From positions 235,838 to 299,837 of the forward strand of contig MNCI01002363.1 of the NCBI GenBank assembly GCA_015680685.1: a DNA stretch of 64,000 nt. The letters are read 5' to 3'. A program made the position numbers and the translations under genes. The DNA is from Gnetum montanum (taxonomy: Eukaryota; Plantae; Gnetophyta). Numbering within the stretch: position 1 is the stretch's first letter; every line of letters begins with the position of its first letter. This document shows, piece after piece, positions 49,220 through 63,013 of this stretch. Under the pieces are notes generated by a model, which was not told the origin of the DNA, ran no database searches, and worked only from the letters and a program-made list of their open reading frames with translations.

Positions 49220-51620
49220 ATCATGGCTAGCACAAGCAATTGTTCATACTAAGGGGACAAATCCCAAATTTTGCAGCCATAAATGAAGATCACTATAACT
49301 TCATTTATGCCAAAATCCAAGTTGCCCTTCTCATTCCATGAATGGAGGCTAAGGCTAAACATGGATATGAGCTAATTCACCAAAATGGGAAGGAGTACAT
49401 ACCCTTCCCCTACGATAAAATATCATTAAAGGATACTCATACATACATCCTATCTCAACTAATTGAGATGGATGAGCAAATCTAGAAGCTTAGTTTGTCA
49501 AGTCAACATGAGGAGCACGATGAATTCAAGGTTGAGCCTAAATTTGACAACTTCATAGGGAGCCTCTTCCAACAATCATCTATTCAAACCACTACACTTA
49601 CTTTCATCGTACTTGTCGCTTCCATGGGGGAGGTGCCTCAACCCTTATCTCTTATGTACCCTACCATTTTTGGGCCAACACCTATCATAATGGCCCAAAA
49701 TAAATAAACCTAAGGCCCCTACCACTAATAACCAACCATCAACATTTGGGGCCTCTGCAACAGGCAACACAAGGCACAATTTTGAAAGAAAAGATCTATG
49801 TAAGTACACTAGGTTACCACTGAAACCATCTAAACTCCTAGATTAGTTGCTAAAGATTGAGAGAATCCAATATAAACAAATGATCAAGAATTCTCACAAG
49901 AGGCATGATCGATTATGCGAAATCATAAAGAAACACACTCTAGAAATCAAGGATGATCCACCAATACCTAAGTACTTTAAACTTTACCATTACTACCACT
50001 ATCATCAACTACTAGGTCATGATACTAACTTCTGCTTAGTCCTCAAGGATGATCGACAAAAGATGATAGACAATAGGGAGTTAGTCCTTGATGCCTCCAA
50101 CCTAGTTAGGTCATAGAACCAATCCATGTAGGTCTACAAGGATTCATTAAATGATAATAATAGTTCATAAACTACAATGGCATTCAATGTGAGCAACAAT
50201 CCAAGACTTGTATGAGAGCCATTTTTGATTCGAGTACCTCCACCGAAAGGGGCCATTCAACTTTGACTAGTTTAAGGATCCCTTTTGTTGTAAGGGTACC
50301 ATCACTGATGCCTCCCAAGGAACCATTCATGATTAGAGTGACCCCTCCTACTACAACCAAATAACATCCTCCCATTGTGGCTAACACCAAAACTTCTTCA
50401 CAACACAACAACAAGAAATCATCAAGTAAAAAATGCAAGAAGTCTATGCTGAAGCCCAAAACCAAAGACAACAAGTAGGCCAAGAAATGAAAGGAGTTGG
50501 GCCCACCAAAGCCCACACCTATCGCATCCTTTTCCATGAGATCTAATGCTTAAGCCACTTCAACAAGTCAATCAAGGGAGGACCCTAAGGCATAAGAGAA
50601 GGGGAAAGAGGCCAAATCACAACCATTGAAACATGAATTTTACATCCTAGGATGCATGGAGGAATTCAAAGCCAACAAGAACAAGAAATAAATGACTAAT
50701 GATAAGGACTTCCTCAATGTAATGGAATAGTTTTAACAGTCACTAAAACAAAAGAATACTTCCCTTAGTCTATATGACCTGGTAATGACCTTTGCTACAC
50801 ATTGCAGGGCACTAGTGAAAATGTTGACTTCTATTCCTATTAGAAAGGACATCCTTGTTAGTGAAGAGTCCATTCATGCAAAAATGGTACTACCTTCATC
50901 AAAGGAAGAAACAAATTCAACAGCATTGATGTTCCATGATAGTGAGATCAAGACCATCCCCCAAGTTGGCAACACAACTAGGCCCCTCTCTTCATGATGA
51001 TAAGAGTGGAGCAATACAAGATACATAGGATGCTTGTGGATGATGGGGCAGCCACCAACGTAATACCCTATATCATTATAGAACATTTTTTCCTAACAAA
51101 ACACATGAAATATACCTTAACTTTTGTCCTTAAATCCTTTAATGGATCTCAAGTTGTGGAAAAAGGTTTCATTTCTTTGGACTTTGTAATAAGGGAACAA
51201 TTCCTCACAACAACCAATTTCTTGGTGGTGGAAGAGACATCATGATTTAACCTCACCCTAGGAAGGCCTTGGCTAGCTTAGTTACAATCTTTTTTCTTAC
51301 CAATCCACCAATAAATTCACCTACCTTACTAGGGAGGTGAAATAATTATCCACGACAAAAGTGTGGTTTCCTTCGCAATCAACAATGTTAACATAAAATA
51401 AGGATCTAAAGTGTATTTTTAGGAAGAAACTCCTACTGTTAATCATGAAGTCAAGAAACTTGATAGAGTATAAGAGGCAAAATTTGATAACAATGGAACC
51501 ATGGCTGTACCATAGGAAGAGCTCCTCTTTAATGTGGTTAGCGAAGAAAACATGGAATACCTAGCATGCAATGTAGACCATATACAATTCCTAATCTTTT
51601 GAAGATTAGGAAATACTTGC
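49220..51620 (+). pseudogene. gag-protease of Tat copy 2 (capsid core deleted), degenerate
   Basis: ELIHQNGKEYIP, KYTRLPLKPSKL, YHYHQLLGHDTNFC, KQKNTSLSLYDLV, MLVDDGAATNVIP and LGRPWL all match copy 1. Confidence 0.87.
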
Positions 51621-51919
51621 ATGGTTGACATATGTTTTCAATTCACTTACCCCTATGTCCATAACTATGTAGCATTCTTATCACTTCTTTAGCCTAGATT
51701 AATCATTATTTACATGTACTATTTTGTATTACTTTGTTTTACCTTGCATTGAATTTACTTTGCACGTAGTCTAGAGAGTATTCTCATTTATGCTTTTTCT
51801 TTCTATGCCTAGTCTATTTTAAAATATAAAACATAAAATAACCATAAAAACCTTAGAACTTGAAAAAATTTTATAAAAATTTTAAAATGCAAAATTATAA
51901 GAAATTTTTTATTTTCAAC

Positions 51920-52042
51920 ACTCAAGGCCCACCGTGGCCTAAAATTGGTAGTCCCTCATAGCCTACCATGACCTAAAACTAGAAAAATGATGGCCTACTA
52001 AGGCTTTAAACATCATGGCTCACCATGGCCTAAAATTGGTAA
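51920..52042 (-). repeat. Array of 4 GGCC.ACCATGGCCTAAAA motifs (counterpart of 8945-9140)
   Basis: Same motif and same position relative to the protease and the 3' end of the antisense gene. Confidence 0.75.
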
Positions 52043-52437
52043 CACTTTTTATAACCCATTTACAACCTAGTTCACATTCTAGTTGTCTATTTGATTTACA
52101 TATAATCACATGATTTAACCATCATCCTTATAACATGAACAAAACATAAAAAACACCTAAGATATGTAAAATGAACAAAATACTATAACGCATAAAAAAT
52201 TAAATTTTTAAAGATAATAATCAAAATGTTTGTAATGTATAGCCACAGTCACACTAGTGTGATAAAAGTTTAACCACATGAAATAAATATAAGTCCTACA
52301 GCCATATCTACATTGTGTAGTAATAAAATAACATAAAAGCAAGTAAACCATCTCTCAATAACCAATGGCTAACACTAGCCACAACATAATAACATCAACA
52401 AACATATAAATAGCAAACCACATAGCCAACTGATGGC

Positions 52438-55400
52438 TCTAAGGTGCAATTGGAGGAGCAACTCCAACATCATCACCACTAGGGTTGTTGTTTTTACCTA
52501 GCACTTGTAACATAATAACATAAGTTTAATTAGTAATCAAATTAAGATAAACTAAAATAAAACATGCTAAAATAAAATAAAACAAGAAAACCTAGAACGG
52601 CTTAGGTGCAACATCCTTTGTGGGGAAGCTCTAAAGCCCAACCTCTAGATGATGGAGAATTTGGTCCCTAGTCATGTGGGCCTAGTCCACCTCCCCAAGC
52701 TTAACAACTATCAGGATGTTACTCTCATCAATGTCAATCCATGTGGGTGGATCCTATAAAAATGTAGCAGTAGTCACCTTTTTAGAAGAAGTAGAGACCT
52801 AAGTTGGGGAATCAACCACCATCAGAGAGCTTTCAAATAACTTGAAAACACTCTTTGCATGGATCCCCTTCATGAATAGCTCTAACTTGTACCATTTGAT
52901 GGACTCCTCTTGCAACCACTTAAGATAGGCCTCAAATTCTAACTTGTACTTTTTCATGGTCTTTTTGTGCCTAGTCCCACTTAAGGACCTAAGCACAATA
53001 ATCTTTCCATTCCTTGGCCTTTACACACTAGTAAGTCCATCTATAGCTTCTGCTTCACAACCTCCCTAGCAAAAGTAACCTTGTCATGGATGGCATTTCA
53101 ATATCATGTCCACTTTATCTCCTTTGCTTGCAAGGATTCCTTGTTAGCTACTTTTCCTTCCACACACCACTTACAATCCTGGAGCTCCTTAATTACCTTA
53201 ATCTATCTCTTAGTCTTCTTTTCAACATCACAACTTGTTTTCATGGGAACTTGTTTGAACATTGGCACTCCCATGAAATTTTAGCGCATGAAAGTGCACA
53301 TCTAGTGATACTTTCATACAACTTCTGTGGAACATTATCCACTTCTTATGGTAAGCTAGGAAATGCATCAATCTCCATGGCACAATCAAAACCCCATCTA
53401 GCCTTAGATATTGTAAGAAATATAACAACAAAACATACATATTAAAAATAATAAACATTAAGAATAACCAAAAACCTCTAAACCACTAAGAGCATATAAT
53501 CATAAAACCTATATGAAGTAACAAAAACATATAAATAATAAAAACAACTAAGGCTAAAGTAAATTAAGGTTATTTCTAATATTAGGAGCAATTTTTTGTA
53601 ATTGATTAATCATATATTTAGCTATCTCACGCATGAATTCCATTTTATCAGGAACCTCCACCCATGGTTTCATGCAAAATGTAGAGGTTGAGGCATCTAG
53701 TTGAGGTTTAGAAGCTATAGCATGCATAAATATAGCTTATATAGTTAAAACCAAGCTTTAAACATGAAAATATAAAATGCAACCCATAAGAACGAAATTC
53801 ATAAATACCTAGGGTGTCATTTGACATGATAGTTGGGGGTTCACCTAGCTATGAACCATCAAATATAGCATTAAGATCATCCAATGTAGCATTGGATAAC
53901 CCCTCATCCTCATGCTATTGTAGGACCTCCTCCTATGGGCATTTGCTCCACCTCTGCTACGATCACTTAGGCTACTAGTTTTTGTTGCTTGCCTACAAGA
54001 GTAATGAAGATAAAACATAGAACAACTTGGCATAATTTTCTTAAAAAATAACATAGCCATATGGCATAAAGTAGAAATACAAAATAAGTTAAAGATAAAA
54101 CAAGTAGAACATACCTACCACCATAGGATGCACTTGACCAAGTTTAATGAAAAGACTATTCTTAGTGCATTGCTCAACAATTGGTGTTGTCTCTTCAACA
54201 TGAGCCTCTTCAACTTAGCTCTAGCTACTCCATCAACTTCAAGCATAACTCCTTGGTCTTCTGAATGTTCCTACAGGTGACTTAGGGCTCAATCCCCATG
54301 CTATCAAGGGAATCACATTGTGCACCATTAAAACACTTAGTGGTAATAGGCAACAATTTCCCAACATCCTCTAGTGGGTTCTAAGCCTACATGGTTGGAA
54401 AAATAAGTTTCATCCAAGGTTTAGAAAGTTGGGATGGGTCTTGGCACATCAAACATCCATCCTTCTACACCACCAAGAACTCCATGAACCTCTTTAGATA
54501 TGCTATAAAAAATGAAAAATGCATATGACATATCATAGTAAGGTCTTTCTATAGTTTCAAGATCTTCCCTCATAGACCAAAAACCAAATGAGCATTCTAG
54601 TTGAACTGAACATCCTCCATGAGGACCTTTTTCATGGTCTATGCTTCTTCAATGTCAATGATCATTTTCTATGACAACTTTGGAAATTCTTGAGACTAAA
54701 ATAATGAATACATCTCTTTGGCCTTTGTGACCTAGAACTAGTCTAGAGAAAATCTAGAATGGCCATGGTGAGTGTTTAGCTATTCTTTCACCTTCTCTCA
54801 ATGGCCCATGTCCTTTGCTAGTTTGATAGCAATTTTCATGCCCTCACAAGGATTGCCAAAGACGTCGCTAAAGGTAGATTCATTGATGGCCAAGGTGATA
54901 GGCACAACATGGACCTAAGTGACAAATTTTTTCATTCCTTTGTTAAAGGAGTCGATGATATTCACCATCTCAAGGGTAGGGATGATTTGGATAGGAGCCA
55001 TGAAAAGATCAAGTAAACTTGCATTGGCAATGTTTACTTGTATGTTTCTAGCTACTTGGCTAGCCAACCAATGCTATGCTAGATCCACCTCATCAAACTT
55101 AAGGATAAGTGTCTCCTCAGCACATCTTGAAGTGATTGAGGTAACGGTGGACAAAGAGGTAGACCCTAAAACATAATAAAAATAGATTGTTAGCTTAGGC
55201 ATAGGCACATCATATAGAATAAAAATATAATCAATATAATCAATTAAAACAAAAAATTATAGCCATACCAATAAATCCATTTAAATAATTAAGGCATAAA
55301 TAACCAACAACTATGTAGCCATTAAAATGTTAACATAGCATAAAAAATAAAATATAACAAAAAAATAAGAATTCTTACTTTACCTACTTGGTGGAGGTAG

Positions 55401-55653
55401 TGTGGGGACACTAAGGGAGATACATGTCTATCCATTAAAATTAGGGATTTCCCACCAACTATGGGTTGTACCATTTACCAAGCATCTACAGTAGGCTTGG
55501 GAATAGCATGTGGTGTATCTACCAAAGTCATATTTGAGTTGCTCCATCATGGTGAGCCTCATCACTTAGCCTATGGTAAGTACCTCTAGCACTATTTGGG
55601 TCAAAGGCAAGAGTTGGTCACTCTTGATCAACCCATGGTTATATACCATGTAC
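52438..55653 (-). pseudogene. Antisense multi-exon accessory gene, copy 2. Exons 55653-55379, 55165-~54115, 53992-53809, 53696-~53570, ~53410-~52590, ~52500-52438; 5' part missing
   Basis: Protein blocks align with copy 1, e.g. YTTCYSQAYCRC/YQTWYSQFYGKC, EMVNIIDSFNK/EMFSLVDSFSK, RCALSCAKISWEC/KCALYSARSLWEC. Confidence 0.8.
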
Positions 55654-55698
55654 CTATAGGCATGTCGTCCAAAATAAAAATTATTAAACCCAAGTAAC

Positions 55699-56869
55699 TG
55701 TTGGTATGCTATTTGGGACTGGACCACCAATGTGGGGTGGCCTTCGAGTCTCGTGACCTTGGGAAGTCATGGGATTGAAGGTGTTCTTCAAACAATGTTT
55801 AGGTGCTTACTAGTCTCTGACAACACCAAGGCCTAGATACCTTCAAATAGACTTAGTAGTTATGAAACATACTAAACGTGAGTATGTGATTTTTTGTTGC
55901 GAATGTTGAAATGATTGGGTTTTATATAAAATTGTAATTGACTATCATAAAAGAGATTCAACTATCTTTGTCAAATACTGTGAGTTCTTGGAGATTTCTA
56001 TTTTTTTCAATCACTTAGTCTATATAGTCCCTATGGTACAATACTTGTAACAAATAAAATTTTGCAAAATTTTTTGAGCATAATTCTACCAATCTACTAC
56101 TAATTTCCCCTAGAGACAAAGTTCCACAAGGAAACTAGAAATAGAGCAAGATTCTAGGAAGAGAAGAAAGCAGAATTGCATAAGATCTCAAATATTTAAT
56201 CAAGATAAATTAACATGAGAAAACACTTTATAATAAAGCTATTCCCAATTTAATAACTATGAATTGTCCAAATGTTTTGAGCTCAATAAGCAATTTCATA
56301 AAGACAATCTTATTATAATACCAAAAATCACTATGTAAATGACAAAGTATGATTCTTTACTTTGGCTAGTTAATAGTTGTAAACGATTTCATTCAATAGA
56401 TCTTTCAAAAAATTTGACAATTTTTGGATTGAAATACCAAGGCAATACACTTTAAAAATAAAGAAGCTATTTTAGTCATTTTAGAATAAAAAATATTTTT
56501 CTAGATTCTCTATGTTCAAAATAGGCAATTTCATTAAGACATTACTATTAAATTGCTCTTGAGGCTTTTCAACAACATAAGCTCTTCTATGAAAAATCTT
56601 AATAAAAGTCTAATATTGCACAAAAATAGAACTATAAAAGCAACCTAGAAAAAATCCCAAAATTAAATGCTAAGCATGATACTATCTAAATCATTAGCTA
56701 AGTAACTAAAAAATGGAAAGAAATGAACTCACAAGATTAAAATAAAGAAGCTAAATTAATGTATTTAATAAGCCATGCTTTTACAATCTCCAATGTTCTT
56801 CCAAGTTGCTTCACCAATTCTCCCCTTTTCACTCTACCTTTGAATCCTTTCTATAGTGACTTTGGGTAG
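55699..56869 (-). repeat. Third, older copy of the TGTTGG...CCAACA LTR family (3' part), inserted in an intron of the antisense gene
   Basis: Reverse complement of ~42010-43309; begins TGTTGG at 55699. Confidence 0.82.
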
Positions 56870-59800
56870 TGATGAAGCATTGGTTGGCTACATCAATGGG
56901 ATCATGTTAACATAGCTACATCAATGCATACATTTGATGTGATCCCATCGATGTGATCCCTTTAACATAATATTTACTATGTCAATAAGGGGCCGTCGAT
57001 GTAGTGTCTATTTTTACCTATAAATATGCATGCTTTCATCGTGTATTGGGAATCTTTTGGTAATAGAGTAGCCAAACTCTTCCAGTTTTATTCTATAGTC
57101 TTAAAGAACAGTCAATGAGTGCCTGCAGTGTGGATTTAAGTCAGTTGTATGATGTCTTATTTGAGTGGTAATGTACCTAGAAATATTCCATGAATGACAA
57201 TAAGATCAAGATTAATTCTTATTCATTGTAGCACTTTGACTTAGATTAGATTTACTTTCCATGCAATTTACTTTTCATGTACTTAGTCAATATCTACATT
57301 TCATGCAAGTTAATCAATTGGCAAAATGAGCGTAACTAGTTTTGAGCATAAACAAGTATTCGCTTAATAATCCCAGTAATGTTATTGCTTGGTTTGCTCA
57401 GTAGTGTAGTGCTTGGTAATTCCAATAGTGGATAGGTGGGTTCAAGATGTGTACAGTAAGCTAGGAATGGACACTTATCACTTGTAGGCTACTTTATACT
57501 ATACTTTCCATTATTAATTAGATTAAATAATTAATTTCTCTATTATCATTAGGAGTAGCATAAAGCCAAAACAACATTAACCATCATATGCTTCATCTTG
57601 GACTAAACCATACATGACCAAGCTACCACTACTTCAAATGGGAAGATAGTGAACTATGATCAATACTTAACAATGTAGATACCAAACATAGAATTCAACT
57701 AGATCATGCATGAACGCTCATAACTCGTATAGTTGGGCATAGAGGGTACCTGTTGCTTATTATTAGCCCTATTTTTGGGGATGATGCTAGTTATCTAGAT
57801 TAGTTATATTATAAATGATCACTGTAAAAGTATTAACAATTTATCTTTTAGAAAATATTAATATTTTATTTTAAATTACACATGTTAAAAACATGTCTTA
57901 TTCACATAGGATCAATAATGCATCGTATGATGAAAACACTCATAGGAGAAATGATAGGTTTTATACTAAAGAAAATTGAAGTGAACAACCTCAAGTAGTG
58001 GTTTCATATGCTCATTTCCACCCTTACTACATGCAAGGATTACATTCAACTGGTACAAAAAATCTTAGAGGAGATGAAGAAGGTTCTAGAACAAGGAAGG
58101 CCTCAAGGCCTAGGACCTCCTCTAAACCTAGAAAAGTTAAATCAAAGGATCGTGGGGTAGATATAAAAGCCATGGTGATTCTCCTAATTCTTCATCTTCC
58201 TCTTCCTCTTCAACATATAGTTCTAATAAAGATGAATGTAGTTATAGAGATAGAGCTTTATTATGGAGTCAAGATAATGATAGAAATTGAACCCAACGAC
58301 AAGATGAAAAAGACATCAAAGTGAGCATAGACAGTATTAGCATAATTAGGCAAATGAAAATAGAGACTATTACCATGAGTTATCTAATGCTAATGAATTT
58401 TTTTTGGCTAGTAGAAGCATGACATAGATTAGAGAGGTAGTTCAAATACCCCAAAGCCATCAAAGGGATAGGTGCATCAAATAGTTTGATATGGACAACA
58501 TTTCTAAATTTAGGGGCTATAATTCTAATCCACAACATCACTTACAACCCTTCCATGATGTTTGGACCTTGAAAAATCTTAAGATCTTTCCTAGGATACT
58601 AATAGATGAAGCTGGAAGTTGGTATAGGTCATTAGAACCAGATTCCATCCACTAGTGGTCCACAATGTTAGAGCTCTTCAACAAAAAATACCAAACCTAA
58701 GCAAGAGTGTCCAACCTAAAAAAACAAATCCAAGGGTGGAAGTAAGAAAATCATGAACCCTTAGATGTCACCTCAGATAGATATTATTTGCTACTACATA
58801 GATGTCCCAGCCATGATTTCTCTCAAAAAGAGAAACTTTTCTACATCATAGATGGTCTTCTTAATCAAATAAGAGAGACCCTTGGGATTTATGCCCAAGG
58901 TCAATTATACAAACTAAACGCCCATCAGATACAAAGGCTAATCGAACAGGTGCTAAAATAAGAAGGAAAGCTATGTAAATGAGAGAATGTAGAGGAATAT
59001 AATTGGGATCCAACTCTTTAAAAGAAGAGGATCCATATCTATGATGAGGAAAAAGAGGTAGCTCTCAATGAGGTGATCTCACAAAAAACCTTGTTAATAC
59101 AAAGTCTATCGATGAGCTTGAAGTAAGGCTAGATAAGATGTGGGAGTTGATGAATGATAAAGTTACAACTTATGTTAAATCCATATAGGAGAAAGTAACA
59201 CAAGACAAATCGAGTAATTAAAACAAGAGAAGGAAAAAGAACCAAAAAATAGGTAGGAAAAATTATTAGCAAAAATGAAAAAAGGCTGTAGAAGAAGAGG
59301 CTATAAACTTAACCATAGAAGAGGATGATGGATGTGACATCTACCTATATGATCATCCAAAGGGCTATTACCTAGTCATGCTACATCTACATGAGTATTG
59401 GGCTTTTTCTTTGAATCACAAGTTCGTACAAAAGCAAATGCCTAGGAAATTATCTTTTTTACAAGGTAATTATAAATAGTCCTACAACCAATCGTACTAT
59501 CCTAGTAAGACTTCTTATCAACTTTAAAACTACCATCAACAGCTGTGGCGAAACCCATAGTTTTGGGGAGGCCATCATCAAACCAACACTACCCTTACTA
59601 CCAGCTAGACTCATATGGATATTATGTTCAACAACCTATTTCCTTAACTAGTTCTACTTCCTCTACCTAAAAACACTACTACCACTCTCCTGAATATTAT
59701 CAACTTGCAACATCTTCTAAAGGATCACCACCTCATGCCTCTTATCCTTCGTCATATCCTCAACACAACAACACAAGAAAGTTTAGCACCATAACATAAA

Positions 59801-60030
59801 TGAAAGAATGTTACGTGTGCTATGAACATACATGGAAATGATAATGCTAATAGATCTCAACCACAACCTCAGAAATGCCATTTATTTAGGATGATTTCCT
59901 CACATGGGCATAAAAATCATAGACCTACTAGCATAAGGTCAATCTGGTGTAACATCCTTCCTCACCAAAACAATGTCTCCTAATAACATGCAAAAGCCAA
60001 CAAAAAATGCCACTCCAACACAATTGCCAA
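56870..60030 (+). mobile_element. Athila-like gag element, 5' part (LTR 56870-57762, PBS, gag, Pro/His-rich extension)
   Basis: Colinear with 29900-32950 (PQHHLQPF, LKIFPRILIDEAGSWY, RCPSHDFS). Confidence 0.87.
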
Positions 60031-62320
60031 TAACAATAACACTACTAGGATTACCAAGAAAATATGTTTTTATGCTTGAAACTAGTCGCACTTATTTCAC
60101 AAATTGATTAACTTGCATGAAATGTAGATATTAACTAAGTACATGAAAAGAAATTACATGGAAAGTAAATCTAATCTAAGTCAAAGCACTATAATGAATA
60201 AGAATCAATCTCAATCTTATTGTTGTTCATGTAATGTGTCTAGGTACATTACCACTTGTGTAAGATGTCATACAACTGACTTAGATCCACACTACGGGCA
60301 CTCAGTGAGTATTCTCTAAGACTATGGAATAAAATTACAAGAGTTTGAATATTTCTATTAATAAAATATGTCCAATACATAGTGGGAGCATGCATATTTA
60401 TAGGTGAAAATAGACACTGCATTGATGAGTACTTGTTGATGTAGTAAATATTACATCAATGGGATCTCATCAATGGAATCGTGTCAACATGATCTCATTG
60501 ATGCAACCAACTGATGTTTCATCATACCCCCACAACTAAGTTAAAATTCATCCTTGAGTTAACAAGATAAAACCAAGCTTCCTTTACAAAAAAAATTGGG
60601 AAAGTATGGGATTATTGACTAATGCTAACTATTGACTAACTCTAAGTACCACATTACAAAATTTTATTCAAGTGGATGCATTAAAAAATGACAAGATGAC
60701 AAAAAGACTGGACAAACATTGAACATTACAAAACTTATAGAGGCCTTCAAAAATCTACTGAAGATGATTTTTCTTGTTGTTGCTAACGATGGAAAACTTC
60801 CAGCCTTGATTGTTGTATTGATGCTTCTTTGGTTATGCAGAACATTCTTGAAGGATGGATTGAAATTTCTTCTCATTGTTCCATAGAGCTAGCAATTATA
60901 TGATGTTTGAGCTATTATCTTGTATGTGCTATGATTTGTCCATGGGAATATCCTTCATTATTCCTCTCTTGGCTTCGTTTTCATGCATGGAAAAAGACCT
61001 TCTTCCTTAGGCATTTCATTTAGCATCATTGCAATCACCAAAGGATCAACATTAGTTTTCATTTTCCTTAATAATTAATCCTTTTTAGATCCCTTAGTTT
61101 AAATTTAAGCACAAGGAGATGACAATGTACTATGCCCAAGGCTATGAGGTAAATAAAATCATCTAGCTATTTACATTATTTTGATCAATTTCTATTAGTT
61201 ATCATGATGTTTGATAATAGGATGTTAGAGAAAATTTCAAAAATTTCAAAAAAAACTCAAAGTAGACATTCCTATCCCTCATGACTAATGAGCATAACTC
61301 TATAAGTGCATAAGTTTTTGAACAATTAAAACCAAAGGTCCAACATAGAAGATGACCAAGAAATGTTTTGGAAGTTAAAAGATATTTAGGTATAAAAGTA
61401 GAAAAATTTAATTGAAAGGGATGAGTAGTAGTCCCAAAATTATGCATAAATTTAGAGAAACCATCACTAATTTTCAAGAAGATGTGAAGGTCAGTTCAAA
61501 GACATGATCAACAAGAGTTATGCAAGTGGGTCCTCACTAATGTAGGCTTCTACCATAATTCCCTTGCATAACCACTTCTATAAATGTTTGTGGGCACCTT
61601 AGAAGTTAAATTTAGACCATACCTATGTTTCAAAAAACACATGGCTACCTTGGTTGGGATTTTGCACTATACTACACAAAAACAAAAGGCTCATAATCAT
61701 ATGAAACAATGAGGTGAATGAATGAGATGATAAGGGATTGCAAAGATTGGAATGCAAGGTACATTACCATGTCTAGAATAGGTTCTCATGTTAAATGTGA
61801 TAAAAACGAGCACCATACCTACTTTTCCATGATTCAAACCAAGTTCATACCATTAATAGTGACCTTGCATTAATGTGTTCTTTCCTACCAACCATCATGA
61901 GTCCACAACCACCACAAAGAACAATCATCACTCCAAAAAGAGAAGAAAAGAGAAGAAGAAAGAAAGGGCCTTAGTTAGAGGGGTACCTTCAGGCATGGGT
62001 AGCATGTCTTTCTAGCCCCATAAACAATGCTTGTAGCCTATTATTATGTCTAACAGGTGTGCCTTGAATTCCCATTATTGTTTTTATTTTCTCTTTATTT
62101 CTTTTTTTTTGTTTTCTTTTTTATTTTCTTTTTTGATTTTAAATATTTTTGAAATAATGAGAGGTGGGTACCCCCTACTTCCAACCATATGAATTACTAG
62201 CATTCACACATGATTTGGTTGAATTTTGTGGATGGAACTAGTTTGGCATCTAGATCGTTAAGTATTGATTACAATTCGTTGTCTTCCCACTTGGACTAGT
62301 GGTAAATTTGTCATCAGGTA
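60030..62320 (-). mobile_element. Inverted Athila-like family element: partial 3' LTR (60030-60523), PPT, 3' internal region, LTR 3'-end piece (~62157-62320)
   Basis: Reverse complement of 56870-57400; PPT at 60524-60535; 61965-62075 matches 34050-34130; 62160-62310 matches 30520-30673. Confidence 0.78.
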
Positions 62321-62583
62321 GTTACAATAATCATGAAAAGTTAAGGGTATTAAAAATATTTATGGGATTAATTTATAACCACCCTAGAAATTATAACTTC
62401 CATAAGAAGTTATTAGAAATTTGAGCTATGTTTGCCGAGTGTTCTATTGGCAACAAATATCAAGGGGATAATCATAAGAAGTTACAAAAATTCGAGCAAT
62501 ACATGCCATGGTGGGCAAGTGTCTTATGAGTAATTATAACCTTACAAATTTCAAGGGAATATTGTAACTTCCATAAGGAATAA

Positions 62584-63013
62584 NNNNNNNNNNNNNNNNN
62601 NNNNNNNNNNNNNNNNNNNNNNNNNNNNNNNNNNNNNNNNNNNNNNNNNNNNNNNNNNNNNNNNNNNNNNNNNNNNNNNNNNNNNNNNNNNNNNNNNNNN
62701 NNNNNNNNNNNNNNNNNNNNNNNNNNNNNNNNNNNNNNNNNNNNNNNNNNNNNNNNNNNNNNNNNNNNNNNNNNNNNNNNNNNNNNNNNNNNNNNNNNNN
62801 NNNNNNNNNNNNNNNNNNNNNNNNNNNNNNNNNNNNNNNNNNNNNNNNNNNNNNNNNNNNNNNNNNNNNNNNNNNNNNNNNNNNNNNNNNNNNNNNNNNN
62901 NNNNNNNNNNNNNNNNNNNNNNNNNNNNNNNNNNNNNNNNNNNNNNNNNNNNNNNNNNNNNNNNNNNNNNNNNNNNNNNNNNNNNNNNNNNNNNNNNNNN
63001 NNNNNNNNNNNNN
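62584..63013. other. Assembly gap (N run)
   Basis: 430 N. Confidence 1.

Larger units (their letters stand above)
47163..55698 (+). mobile_element. Tat-lineage element copy 2 (5'LTR-PBS-gag-PR-antisense gene), cut off by a nested LTR
   Basis: LTR start TGAAACACCA, PBS core CTAGAAGGAGGGCC, and gag, PR and antisense exons homologous to copy 1. Confidence 0.87.
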
